Assembly (NCBI RefSeq): GCF_001194135.2
Contig: NC_068990.1
Span: forward strand, 26,099,287-26,163,286
Length of the DNA stretch: 64,000 bases
Source: Octopus bimaculoides
Taxonomy: Eukaryota
Direction: 5' to 3'
Translations under genes and position numbers: made by a program
In this document: positions 52,705-64,000 of the stretch, piece by piece
Layout of the letters: each line of letters opens with the position of its first letter
How positions within the stretch are numbered: position 1 is the stretch's first letter
The notes under the pieces: model-generated
What the model was told of the DNA's origin: nothing
The model's database searches: none
What the model saw: only the letters and a program-made list of their open reading frames with translations

Positions 52705-52756
<52 letters not shown>

Positions 52757-52769
52757 ATGTGTGTATATA

Positions 52770-52800
<31 letters not shown>

Positions 52801-52934
52801 ACACGTATATATATATATCATCATCATCGTTTAACGTCCGCTTTCCATGCTAGCATGGGTTGGACGACTTATATATAGATATAGATTGATAGATAGATAA
52901 ATAAATAGATAAACAGATAGATACACATTATCCA

Positions 52935-53320
52935 TACATATTCTTTTACTTGTTTCAGTCATTTCACTGCGACCATGCTGGAGCACTGCCTTTAGTCGAA
53001 CAAATCAACCCCAGGACTTATTCTAGTACTTAATCTATCGGTCTATTTTGCTGAACTCCTTAGTTACAGGGAAGTCATACACACCAACATCAGTTGTCAA
53101 GCGATGGTAGGGGGGGGGACAAACACAGATACACTCACAAATATATACATATACATATATATACGACGGGCTTCTTTCAGTTTCTGTTTACCAAATTCAC
53201 TCACAAGGTTTTGGTCGGCCTGACACTATAGTAGAAGACACTTGCCCAAGGTGTTATACAGTGGGACTGAACCTAGAACTATGTGGTTGGAAAGCAAGCT
53301 TCTTACCACACAACCACTCC
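52935..53320 (-). mobile_element. Family A SINE
   Basis: Family motifs reversed. Confidence 0.85.
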
Positions 53321-54549
53321 ACACACACACACACACACACACATTCATATAAGTATATATACATGTGTAGAACATATACATGCACACATGCTTACACATA
53401 CTTCAGCAATAATTTATTAGTTCTGTTTCTTTGTAGTCTGTGAAAATACTCTTTCTACATTCTCATTCATTTCATTCATCCATTTCATTTATTCATTTCT
53501 TCACTAATTCATTCAGATATTCATTTCTTCTTTTCACTCTCTTTTTCCAACTTCATTCACTCTCTCTCACGTATTTTTATTTCATTTACATCTTTACAAT
53601 TGAAACAAGAAAATATTGGTAAACATGTACACATCAACATGTATATGTAAACATGTATACACATATAAACATGTATATATATATAAACATGTACNNNNNN
53701 NNNNNNNNNNNNNNNNNNNNNNNNNNNNNNNNNNNNNNNNNNNNNNNNNNNNNNNNNNNNNNNNNNNNNNNNNNNNNNNNNNNNNNNNNNNNNNNNNNNN
53801 NNNNNNNNNNNNNNNNNNNNNNNNNNNNNNNNNNNNNNNNNNNNNNNNNNNNNNNNNNNNNNNNNNNNNNNNNNNNNNNNNNNNNNNNNNNNNNNNNNNN
53901 NNNNNNNNNNNNNNNNNNNNNNNNNNNNNNNNNNNNNNNNNNNNNNNNNNNNNNNNNNNNNNNNNNNNNNNNNNNNNNNNNNNNNNNNNNNNNNNNNNNN
54001 NNNNNNNNNNNNNNNNNNNNNNNNNNNNNNNNNNNNNNNNNNNNNNNNNNNNNNNNNNNNNNNNNNNNNNNNNNNNNNNNNNNNNNNNNNNNNNNNNNNN
54101 NNNNNNNNNNNNNNNNNNNNNNNNNNNNNNNNNNNNNNNNNNNNNNNNNNNNNNNNNNNNNNNNNNNNNNNNNNNNNNNNNNNNNNNNNNNNNNNNNNNN
54201 NNNNNNNNNNNNNNNNNNNNNNNNNNNNNNNNNNNNNNNNNNNNNNNNNNNNNNNNNNNNNNNNNNNNNNNNNNNNNNNNNNNNNNNNNNNNNNNNNNNN
54301 NNNNNNNNNNNNNNNNNNNNNNNNNNNNNNNNNNNNNNNNNNNNNNNNNNNNNNNNNNNNNNNNNNNNNNNNNNNNNNNNNNNNNNNNNNNNNNNNNNNN
54401 NNNNNNNNNNNNNNNNNNNNNNNNNNNNNNNNNNNNNNNNNNNNNNNNNNNNNNNNNNNNNNNNNNNNNNNNNNNNNNNNNNNNNNNNNNNNNNNNNNNN
54501 NNNNNNNNNNNNNNNNNNNNNNNNNNNNNNNNNNNNNNNNNNNNNNNNN

Positions 54550-54850
54550 GAATGTTGCTGTAATTTAACCCCAGGAGACATCGTCTCCAGCTGGCTATAC
54601 AACATGATCTGTGTCATTATATTTTTGAACAAGGGAATCTAGCACCCCCACTCAGCTCAAAACAATATCTGTGTATCATGATTTCTGGGTTATTTCCCTT
54701 CATCAGCACAGAATAATTGCAATACACAGATATTGTTTTGAGCTGAGTGGGGGTGCTAGATTCCCTTGTTCGAAAAAATATAAGGACACAGATCGTGTCG
54801 TATAGCTAGCTGGAGACAATGTCTCCTGGGGCTAAATTACAGCAACATTC
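54550..54850. repeat. Imperfect inverted repeat (127/129-bp arms, 45-nt loop); left arm starts at a gap
   Basis: 54550-54676 vs reverse complement of 54722-54850, about 6 substitutions plus a small indel. Confidence 0.9.
54668..54712 (-). ncRNA. Minimal type-I hammerhead ribozyme motif in the hairpin loop (candidate)
   Basis: TCTGTG-CTGATGA-A-GGG[AAATAA]CCC-A-GAAA-TCATGA-TA^CACAGA; 6-bp stem I; palindromic stem III. Confidence 0.65.
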
Positions 54851-54974
54851 GTCCTAAACTGGGACAGCCATGTTATGTTGGCAAATAATCTTTACTCTAA
54901 AGTACTGTTGCTGAATATCTCTTGTTGTGAGATTTACAAATAGTAATTTTCTAAAGTTACAATATTGTTTACAA

Positions 54975-55410
54975 ATTTAGGCACAAGGTCAGCAAGTATG
55001 CATGTTGATTACCTGAGCCCCCGTATTCAACTGGTACTTCTTTTATCGACCCTGAAAGGATGAAAGGCAAAGCTAACTTTGGTGGAATTTGAACTCAGAA
55101 TGTAAAAATGGGTGAAATGCTGCTGATCATTTTACTTGGAATGTTATCGATTTTGCCAGCTTGCCATTCTGCTCTTCTTATAATATTGCTCTCGAAATTC
55201 ACTCTTGTCATTGTTTTAATTAATTTTGAAAATAGGAAAAAATTTAGTAAAACAGCTTTATTATTATTATTATTATTTAGCTGGTGTTTGAAACATGAAT
55301 TAGCAGGAAATTTTAACAGGTTTTAATCTAAATCACTTAATTTAAATCAGTTTGTATCAGAACTGGGAGGGGGGGAGGTCTCAGGTGGAGAGTGGTATCT
55401 AAAGGGTTAA
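54975..55410. mobile_element. Family B SINE (-, 54975-55170) followed by a piggyBac-type MITE right part ending GGG|TTAA
   Basis: Family motifs; MITE related to 43686-43873. Confidence 0.65.
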
Positions 55411-55709
55411 ATCACATCCTGCCATTATTGGTTGATGTAGTCCACGATTTAATGAGATTGAACAAAAAGAAAAAACGACTGGATGGGCATAGCTGAGAAC
55501 ATAGGTTCTGAACATAGGTTAACTCTTTCGTGACCATATCTCTGTTGAAATAGATTGCCCATTTTACAATTAATTTTGAAATTAACGAAGGAGTATTTAT
55601 TGAAATAACATTTATTGTTTTCAAGATAGTGGTTGGAATATAAATCAACTTGAAATTTCAATGCAGTTGGAGCTGTGTATCTTTCTTAGTCGACACAAGC
55701 TCTTTTCTT

Positions 55710-56460
55710 TTTGCTTAGTAATATTTCATCTGTCTTTATGTTCTGAGTTCAAATTCCGCTGAGGTCAACTTTGCCTTTCATTCTTCTGAAGGGGGGAGTC
55801 GATAAATTAAGTACCAGTTGTGTACTGGGGTTGATCTAATTGACTGGTCCCCTCCCCAAAAGTTTTGGGCCTTGTGCCTAGAGTAGAAAAGAATTTCTAT
55901 ACACATTGGCCACTTCTCTCGGGTTCTGGTGCCACATAAAAAGCACTTGAGCTGGTGCCACAAAAACAGCACCTGTCCTAGCACCACGTAAAAAGCATCT
56001 GTGCTGGCACCACATAAAAAGCACACATTACACTTTGTAAAGTGGTTGGCATTAGGAAGGGCATCCAGCCATAGGAACAGGTGCCAAAACAGACATTGGA
56101 GCTTGATGCAACTCCCTGGTTTATCAGCTCCTGTCAAACCTTCCAACCCATGCCAGCATGGAAAGCAGATGATAATGATGATGATGATGGTGTTGATTTT
56201 TTATTCTTTCAAGCAGAGTGGGCCAGGCATTAATGAGATTGCATAAGGCAGCAAGCTGGCAGAAATGTTAGCACGCTGGGCAAAATGTTTAGCAGTATTT
56301 TGTCTGTCTTTACATTCTGAGTTCAAATTCTGCTGAGGTCAACTTTGCCTTTCATCCTTTTGGAGTTGATAAATTAAATACCAGTTGTGTACTGGGGTTG
56401 ATCTAATCGACTGGCCCCCTCCCACAAATTTCGGGCCTTGTGCCTAGAGTAGAAAAGATT
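55710..56460 (+). mobile_element. B (55710-55893), C (55925-56190), B (56245-56460)
   Basis: The C copy carries about four variable GTGCCACATAAAAAGCAC units; both B copies have the GCCTTGTGCCTAGAGTAGAAAAG tail. Confidence 0.8.
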
Positions 56461-56926
56461 AATGAGATTGCAAATGAAAACAAAAGGACTTTCGCAAAGC
56501 TAAATAACTGATTGACTGACAGAATGATTAATCAAACAATTAGCCAAATAATTAACTGGTTAACCAAACAACAAATAAATATAGAAGCAGTGTGTGTGGT
56601 TATTATTGGCACTGTGATCTTCCCAACGTACAACAGAATATCTTTGTTATTGTCAAAAAGCAATGCTAGATCAGTCTTGCAGGAGTTATTAGTAAACAGA
56701 AAAGGAATGGCAGCTCCGTGTAATATATTGGAAATTATAATAAAACCTGCATGAAGAAAATGGTTGCTATTTGAAGCACATTTATTCCTTTGCATGAAAC
56801 TTTTCCTTGGGGCAGAAGAAGTTTTGATCTTGTTCAAGATTTTCCTCTGTGTTTCAATGCTTTAATAATATATTCATTATTTCCTTAGGACAATGTCCAA
56901 AGTTATCAAGAAAAGATCAATGAAAC

Positions 56927-56958
<32 letters not shown>

Positions 56959-57199
56959 TATTAAGGTATTGAACAGACAGAATCATTATTACGTCGGACA
57001 AAATGCTTCATGGCATTTCTTACAGCTCTCTGCACTCTAAGTTCAAAAACTATTGAAGTCAACTTTACCTTTCATCCTTTTGGGAGTCAATAGCATGAGT
57101 GCTTGGTTGAGCACTTGGGGTGATGCTGTCAACTTGTTGCCTTCCTCTAAAATTACTGGCTTTTTGCCAAAATTTGAAATAATTATTGTTATTAAGGTG

Positions 57200-57600
57200 G
57201 TGCAAGGCCCATGGATCAGAGGTAAGAGCGTCAAGCTTATGATTGTGAGGTTGTGAATTCAAATCCTGGACCGGGCTGTGTGTTGTGTTCTTGAGCAAGA
57301 CACTTTATTTCACGTTACTCCTGTTCACTCAGCTGTAGAAATGAGTTGCAACGTCACTGGTGCCAAGCTAAAATTGGCCCCTTTGCCTTTTCCTTGGATG
57401 ACATTGGTGGCATGGAGAAGGGAGGCTGGTATGTATGGGTGACTGCTGGTCTTCCACAAACAACCTTGCCCGGACTTGTGCCTTGGAGAGTAACTTTCTN
57501 NNNNNNNNNTGGTCTTCCACAAACAACCTTGCCCGGACTTGTGCCTTGGAGAGTAACTTTCTAGGTGCAATCCTATGGTCAGTCATGACCGAAGGGGGTT
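57200..57600 (+). mobile_element. Family H SINE (tRNA/CORE-like head plus H body), preceded by a diverged B copy at ~56962-57180
   Basis: GTGTTCTTGAGCAAGACACTTTATTTCACG...AAATGAGTTGCAACGTCACTGGTGCC. Confidence 0.75.
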
Positions 57601-57610
57601 TCAGCTCAGC

Positions 57611-58402
57611 AAGGTGGCAAGCTGGTAGAATCATTAGTACACTAGGTGAAATGCTTAGCAGTATTTCGTCTGCCGTTACATTCTGAGTTCAAATACCGCC
57701 AGGGTTGACTTTGCCTTTCATCCTTTCGGGGTCGATAAAATAAGGACCAGTTGAACACAGGGGTCGATGTAATTGACTGGTCAAGGTGGCGAGCTGGCAG
57801 AAACGTTAGCATGCCGGGCGAAATACTTAGCGGTATTTCGTCTGCCGTTACATTCTGAGTTCAAATACCGCCAGGGTTGACTTTGCCTTTCATCCTTTCG
57901 GGGTCGATAAAATAAGTATCAGTTGAACTCTGGGGTCAATGTAATTGACTGGTCCCCTGTCCAAAAATGTCAGGCCTTATACCTATAGCAGAGACGATTA
58001 TTAAGGTAGTGAGCTGGCAGAGTTGCTTAGCAACATTTCTTCCCAGTTTTTTTACATTCTGAGTTCAAATACTACTGATGTTGACTTTGCCTTTCATGAT
58101 TTCAGGACCCATTAAAATAAGTACCAGCTGAGCACTGGGATGATGTAATCAACTTCCTCCTCCCCTCAAAATGGGTTCACTTTGTAAAATTAAAAAAGCT
58201 GGCAGAATCATTAGCATGCTGGGCAAAATATCCAACAGCATTTCTTTTGGGTTTATGTGGAGGTCAAATGCCACAGAGATCGACTTTACCTTTCATCTTT
58301 TTGGGGGTCAATAAAATAAGTACCAGTTGAGCACTGGGGTTGATGCAGTTGGCAAATCCCCTCCTCTAAAAATTTCAGGCCTTCTGCTTGTAGTAGAAAG
58401 GA
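57611..58402 (+). mobile_element. Four head-to-tail family B SINEs
   Basis: Starts at ~57611, 57783, ~58004 and ~58197. Confidence 0.85.
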
Positions 58403-58418
58403 CTATCATTATTATTAT

Positions 58419-59320
58419 TTGAGTGAAAGAGCAGTGCATGCCATCACAATGACACTGGGGTACAAATATACGAAGCCCATTATATCCATCGTGACTACCC
58501 GTCTGATAAGGGTACACCAGGCACATGCATCACAACCATATGTGCACGATATGTTGATCTCTTATCAAGATAAACAGTGCATGACCTTGCAGGTGGGGCC
58601 CAGTTAGAATTTTCTTCAGGTCAAGTAGCCCATCCTGCTCAAAAGGTCCCTGAATAAGGCTTGTTCAAGGATGTTGAACGAAACACCCATATTTCCAGAG
58701 GTAAATTATTCAAACCCCAAAGAATTCCTCTCAACACATGGCTATGATGCTCCCCCACTACTTCTGCTCATGATCAGAGATGGACATATCGTCAGCCACC
58801 AAGGGATATGCTCAACTGGTTAAGGTCAAACAACTGACAAGCAAATCTGTGGTATTGAGCAGAATATTTGCTGTAGTCCATCTTTTTATACCAAGACAAA
58901 GCAATGTACATGATAACACTTCCAATCAGTTAAGATCTGAAGCCACGAGAGTCNNNNNNNNNNNNNNNNNNNNNNNNNNNNNNNNNNNNNNNNNNNNNNN
59001 NNNNNNNNNNNNNNNNNNNNNNNNNNNNNNATTTCCAGAGGTAAATTATTCAAACCCCAAAGAATTCCTCTCAACACATGGCTATGATGCTCCCCCACTA
59101 CTTCTGCTCATGATCAGAGATGGACATATCGTCAGCCACCAAGGGATATGCTCAACTGGTTAAGGTCAAACAACTGACAAGCAAATCTGTGGTATTGAGC
59201 AGAATATTTGCTGTAGTCCATCTTTTTATACCAAGACAAAGCAATGTACATGATAACACTTCCAATCAGTTAAGATCTGAAGCCACGAGAGTCACTGCCT
59301 GGTACTGCATCCGGACATTT
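58419..59320. mobile_element. Unclassified ~600-bp non-coding element bounded by (ATT)n on both sides; a 263-bp part is duplicated across a gap
   Basis: ATTATTATT|TGAGTGAAAGAGCAG...CCGGACATTT|ATTATTATT; no ORF or A/B box recognised. Confidence 0.55.
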
Positions 59321-59348
59321 ATTATTATTATTGCTGCTGCTGCTGCTG

Positions 59349-59405
<57 letters not shown>

Positions 59406-59504
59406 ATACTACTACTACTACTGCTACTACTATTAGTAGTTGTAGTATTAAGGTGCCAAGCTGGCTACAACAGGGCATATAATAATAATGATAATAATAA
59501 TGGT

Positions 59505-59640
59505 TTCAAATTTTGGCACAAGGCCAGCAATTTGAGGGGCAGAAGTAAGTTGATTAAATCGACCCCTACGCACAACTGGTACTTATTTTATTGACCCCTG
59601 AATGGATGAAAGTTGAAGAGTTTGACTTCGGCAAAATTTG
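59505..59640 (-). mobile_element. Family B SINE 3' part
   Basis: CAAATTTTGGCACAAGGCC...CAACTGGTACTTATTTTATTGACCCC. Confidence 0.7.
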
Positions 59641-60231
59641 ATTCTACCTGCTCACCACCCTAATGATAATAATAATGATGATGATGATGATGATGATGAT
59701 GATCTTTTTTCAGCGGGAACTGTGACAAACAAAATAACAGCAACAGAAAAAACTAATGGAAACATTGCTTCTTTGGTTCAATAAGAAGATTAGCTGGCAT
59801 ATGACGTGACACACAGACACACACACACATTACAATTAAACACATACATGTGTATGTAGTCTCAAATATATATATAAATATAAATATTCACAAATAAATA
59901 TATTTTTATTTATAGATATAAATATATAAATATATATATATATTTATATTTATATATTCACTCATATATGTATCTACATATGTATGTACATGAGTGTTTG
60001 TGTAAATGTATAAACATAAATCATATGTTTATACACTTGTATGTGTGTGTATGTGTATGTGTGTGTGTATGTGTACATATATCAGCATAATTTTTTTTCA
60101 TTTAATTCATTTATTTATAAAAATGCTAATACTAATAATCATTAATAATTTATTTGTCATCATCATCATCATCTTCATCATCATCCTCCTCATTGAGATC
60201 ATCATTACTATCATCATGATTATTATTATTA

Positions 60232-60353
<122 letters not shown>

Positions 60354-60496
60354 TGTATTTAGTTTATGAATTTTTTCATGTTTTTTTCTTTCAGTTTCTA
60401 AACTATTCATTGAATTGTCTATCTTTCTATTAGTATTTATTTAATTCACTCTATTGGGTTTTAGAATCTGTTTATTTATCACCATCATGATGGTGA

Positions 60497-60546
<50 letters not shown>

Positions 60547-61610
60547 TTCATTATTTCTTTGATTTGAAATTGTATTATTCATTGCTGTTACCATTTATTT
60601 TATTTTATTTTTTGGTGGGGTTTCCTGTTTTCAAATTTTCAATCATTTAAATTTTATTTTATTTCGTTTATTTTTTTGCATTTCATACATTTTCATCGTA
60701 TTTTATTTATTTATTCATATAGTTATTCATTTATTTATTTTTCTTTCTTTAGCATGGTTTTTTTTTTTTTTTTTTTTAAATATACAGCGGAATGTCTTAA
60801 CTTTGTATGAGATTGATAACGGATTATATTTAGTGAATAACGAGGTGGAAGATGAGAACGATTTTAACGATATTTCCAACTAATTTATATTCATAGAATT
60901 TAGTTGAGATTATTTCATAGAGAAAAATATNNNNNNNNNNNNNNNNNNNNNNNNNNNNNNNNNNNNNNNNNNNNNNNNNNNNNNNNNNNNNNNNNNNNNN
61001 NNNNNNNNNNNNNNNNNNNNNNNNNNNNNNNNNNNNNNNNNNNNNNNNNNNNNNNNNNNNNNNNNNNNNNNNNNNNNNNNNNNNNNNNNNNNNNNNNNNN
61101 NNNNNNNNNNNNNNNNNNNNNNNNNNNNNNNNNNNNNNNNNNNNATATATATACATACATATATATATGTATTTGTAATTATACATGTATGTTATGTGTG
61201 TGTATGTGTGAATGTATATGTAACTTCATAATCATCCTCACCATTTTCATTTATACATTCGCTTTTCCATGTGTGTATGGTTAGGATGTGTCTTTTTTTT
61301 TTTTAGCACAGTCTTCCTTTCCATTCACTGCAATCCTTTACAATTTTCTTTCTGAGCATCCACCTCATGGAATCATTTGTCAACACTTCTCTCTATGTTA
61401 GGTGACTAGTGAGGTGTTTCTCATGAGTGCTATTGGCAACTTGGGATCCAGTACAACCTGTTGCATAGTCAGGTCGTCGGTGACTAAACCAGCACTCCCA
61501 CTAAGATAGCTTGGTGAGGGAGGGTTGCTAGAAACCCAGTAGGACTGAAAACAAAGCCTCACCAAAAGACAGATGAACCTAGTGTATGTTTAATAACTAT
61601 CTAGCAGTAG

Positions 61611-61811
61611 CACAGGGCCTTAGAAATCCCAGGTTGGTGTCTGGTGTGCTGGAAAACCACTGGGAGTGAGGCACACCTTAGCTACAACACAGGCCCTTAG
61701 AAATTCCAGGTTGGTGTCTGGTGTGCTGGAAGACCACTGGGAGTGAGGCACACCTTAGCTACAACACAGGCCCTTAGAAATTCCAGGGTGGTGTCTGGTG
61801 TGCTGGAAACC
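61611..61811 (+). repeat. 77-bp tandem repeat, about 2.6 copies
   Basis: Units start at 61611, 61688 and 61765 (CACAGG.CCTTAGAAAT.CCAGG...). Confidence 0.95.
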
Positions 61812-61828
61812 ATCTTAGCTTTTGTTAA

Positions 61829-62073
61829 CCCGTTCATGCCGATCGTCTGTTTAAATTGATACTTAATTTATAAAGATATGAAACAAATACTTGATGCAAA
61901 TTGTGATTTGTGTATGATCTGTATCAAAGAATGAAACATGTTCTTAACGCGTATGCAGTCTGGATCAAACGGATTTCAATGAAATTTTTTTCAGTTGTTA
62001 TTTAGGTGAAAATTATAATATCTGTGAATTTTCAGGCAATTTCATTCACTAAAAACATTTCAGCCCAAATGGG
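61829..62073. mobile_element. piggyBac-type MITE
   Basis: TTAA|CCCGTTCATGCCG ... CAGCCCAAATGGG|TTAA; TTAA at 61825-28 and 62074-77. Confidence 0.7.
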
Positions 62074-62355
62074 TTAAAACCTGTCCCTAGAACCCACTTC
62101 AAGCCCCAGCTATGTCTGCGCTGATAATTGGCTGTGATGGTCAACAATCGATGGCTTATGAGCTGCTACAGATCCCAAAGTGTATATGCATGTGGCTGGG
62201 GACCACATGTGGATTCTGAACATGACTTGTTGGTTGAAGCCAAATGAATATTGCCATTAGTACAAGTAAGGACTTCTTTTTATGCTTTATCCTTACTCTT
62301 TCCCATTTGCCTTTACCTCACTTGGCATTTCTTTATCCAATACTCATTTTCCATA

Positions 62356-62545
62356 AGGTGGTGAGCTGGCAGAATCATTAGCATGCCGGTCGAAATGCTT
62401 AGCGGTATTTCATCTGCTGCTATGTTCTGTGTTCAAATTCCGCCGAGGTCGACTTAGCCTTTCACCCTTTCGGGGTCGATTAAATACTGTGACTGTTTTG
62501 GCAGGATTTTTACAGCTGGATGCCCTCCCTAACACCAACCACTCA
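62356..62545. mobile_element. Family B SINE 5' part (+) fused to a family C fragment (-)
   Basis: AAGGTGGTGAGCTGGCAG...GGGGTCGATTAAATAC then TACAGCTGGATGCCCTCC. Confidence 0.75.
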
Positions 62546-62582
62546 GCACTACCACCATGTCTGTGCATGTATGTGTGTGTGT

Positions 62583-62615
<33 letters not shown>

Positions 62616-63189
62616 NNNNNNNNNNNNNNNNNNNNNNNNNNNNNNNNNNNNNNNNNNNNNNNNNNNNNNNNNNNNNNNNNNNNNNNNNNNNNNNNNNNNN
62701 NNNNNNNNNNNNNNNNNNNNNNNNNNNNNNNNNNNNNNNNNNNNNNNNNNNNNNNNNNNNNNNNNNNNNNNNNNNNNNNNNNNNNNNNNNNNNNNNNNNN
62801 NNNNNNNNNNNNNNNNNNNNNNNNNNNNNNNNNNNNNNNNNNNNNNNNNNNNNNNNNNNNNNNNNNNNNNNNNNNNNNNNNNNNNNNNNNNNNNNNNNNN
62901 NNNNNNNNNNNNNNNNNNNNNNNNNNNNNNNNNNNNNNNNNNNNNNNNNNNNNNCATGCTTGAAACTCCAGAGTACCAACGAATTTGAATAAAACTGTTT
63001 TGATCCATACATACATGTGTGTGTGTGTGTGCATGTGTGTATTCAAAGAGTCACACATATGCTTATGTGCATATATATTTCTGTTCCACCTCCACATCTT
63101 CCTTCCTTCCTTCTTTCTTTCTTTCCTTCCATTCCTGTTGATGTATCTGTTTGGTCTTTCATCTTTAGCGACAAGAATCCATTTTGCTA

Positions 63190-63440
63190 ATTGCTTAATG
63201 GTAGTGGTGATGGTGGTAGTGGTGATGATGATCGTAGTGGTGGTGTTAGTAATAGCAGTGATGATGGTGGTGGCAGAGGTGATGATGATGATGGTGGTGG
63301 TGGCAAAGCTGATGGTGGTGGTGGTGGTGGGAAGACAAGAACAGGAAAAAGTAGAAAGATGAAAAAGCAGATGCAATAAAACAACAAAACAACAAGAACG
63401 ACAGCAGCAACAGCAGCAGCATCTGCAACAGCATTTGCAG
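63190..63440 (+). repeat. Mixed trinucleotide low-complexity tract (GGT/GAT, CAA/CAG)
   Basis: Direct reading. Confidence 0.85.
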
Positions 63441-64000
63441 CAGCAGCAAATGATAGGAATTAAATTGCTGTTATATGACACCTGTAGAAGTGAAACCTTG
63501 ATTTAAAGTGCTTCAAAATGTGTAAAGGTGTGTATTTATGTGTGCGTGTGTGTGTGTGTGTACATGTATACATGTATGTGTGTGAGTGTTTGTGTGCATG
63601 TATGTGTATGCATATGTAAAAGTGAGTGCATGTCTATGTGTGAGTGTAATATGTACATGTGCCTGTATGTGTGTGTGTATAATTAGTCGCAGAAGAACGA
63701 TGGTGTCATGACCTTTGCGTCAGTTACATCCCCTCCTCTTCCACTCCCCATCTTCCTCCTCGACTCAGTGCTTCATGTGCAGTTCTCACTTCTCATAGTT
63801 TGATGCCTTCAGCAAAAGAGACCCTGGGTAGGAAGTAGGGTGGAGTAGCAAAAAGTTGTAATGAAACTGCTATGCAGAAAAATTGGGGTAAAATTGTAAA
63901 AGGGTTTGGTAGGGATCATACGAGATGTAGCAGAGATGGTGGTGGTGTTGTTTTGATGATCAAGGACTGTCCAGCCATGCCCAGCTATCTTATATTAAGA

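Larger units (their letters stand above)
61400..62270 (+). mobile_element. Probable RTE-clade LINE 5' region, interrupted by a MITE
   Basis: GC-richer block (GGCAAC...GAAACCCAGTAGGACTGAAAAC...GGGGACCACATGTGG) resembling RTE 5' UTRs from memory; not verified. Confidence 0.4.

Noticed and set aside
35460-59293. Short exact duplications around small gaps (35.5k, 41.5k, 49.4k, 57.5k, 58691-58953 vs 59031-59293)
   Set aside because: This is the typical signature of overlapping contig ends in scaffolding
61611-61811. Regularly spaced repeats as a CRISPR-like array
   Set aside because: The units are fully repeated with no unique spacers, and the context is eukaryotic

Overview
AT-rich eukaryotic DNA with many microsatellites and N-gaps, and no confidently supported host protein-coding exon, tRNA or rRNA gene. 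Almost all long ORFs in the track are microsatellite or gap artefacts. The repeat complement fits an octopus (coleoid cephalopod) draft assembly; this is my inference from recognised repeat families. It includes tRNA-derived SINE families (working labels A, B, F, H), a (GAT)n-tailed family C, 5'-truncated R4/Dong-clade LINE ends in (TAA)n, a decayed hAT transposase, hAT- and piggyBac-type MITEs, RTE remnants and Penelope-like terminal pieces. The strongest signal is a set of minimal type-I hammerhead ribozyme motifs that are unrelated outside the catalytic core: 12339-12383 (-), 12923-12961 (+) and 54668-54712 (-), plus decayed copies. Two of them sit inside long, slightly diverged inverted repeats. 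Most repeat boundaries are approximate (about +/-15 bp) unless a TSD or TIR is quoted. Family names come from motif recognition, not database searches.
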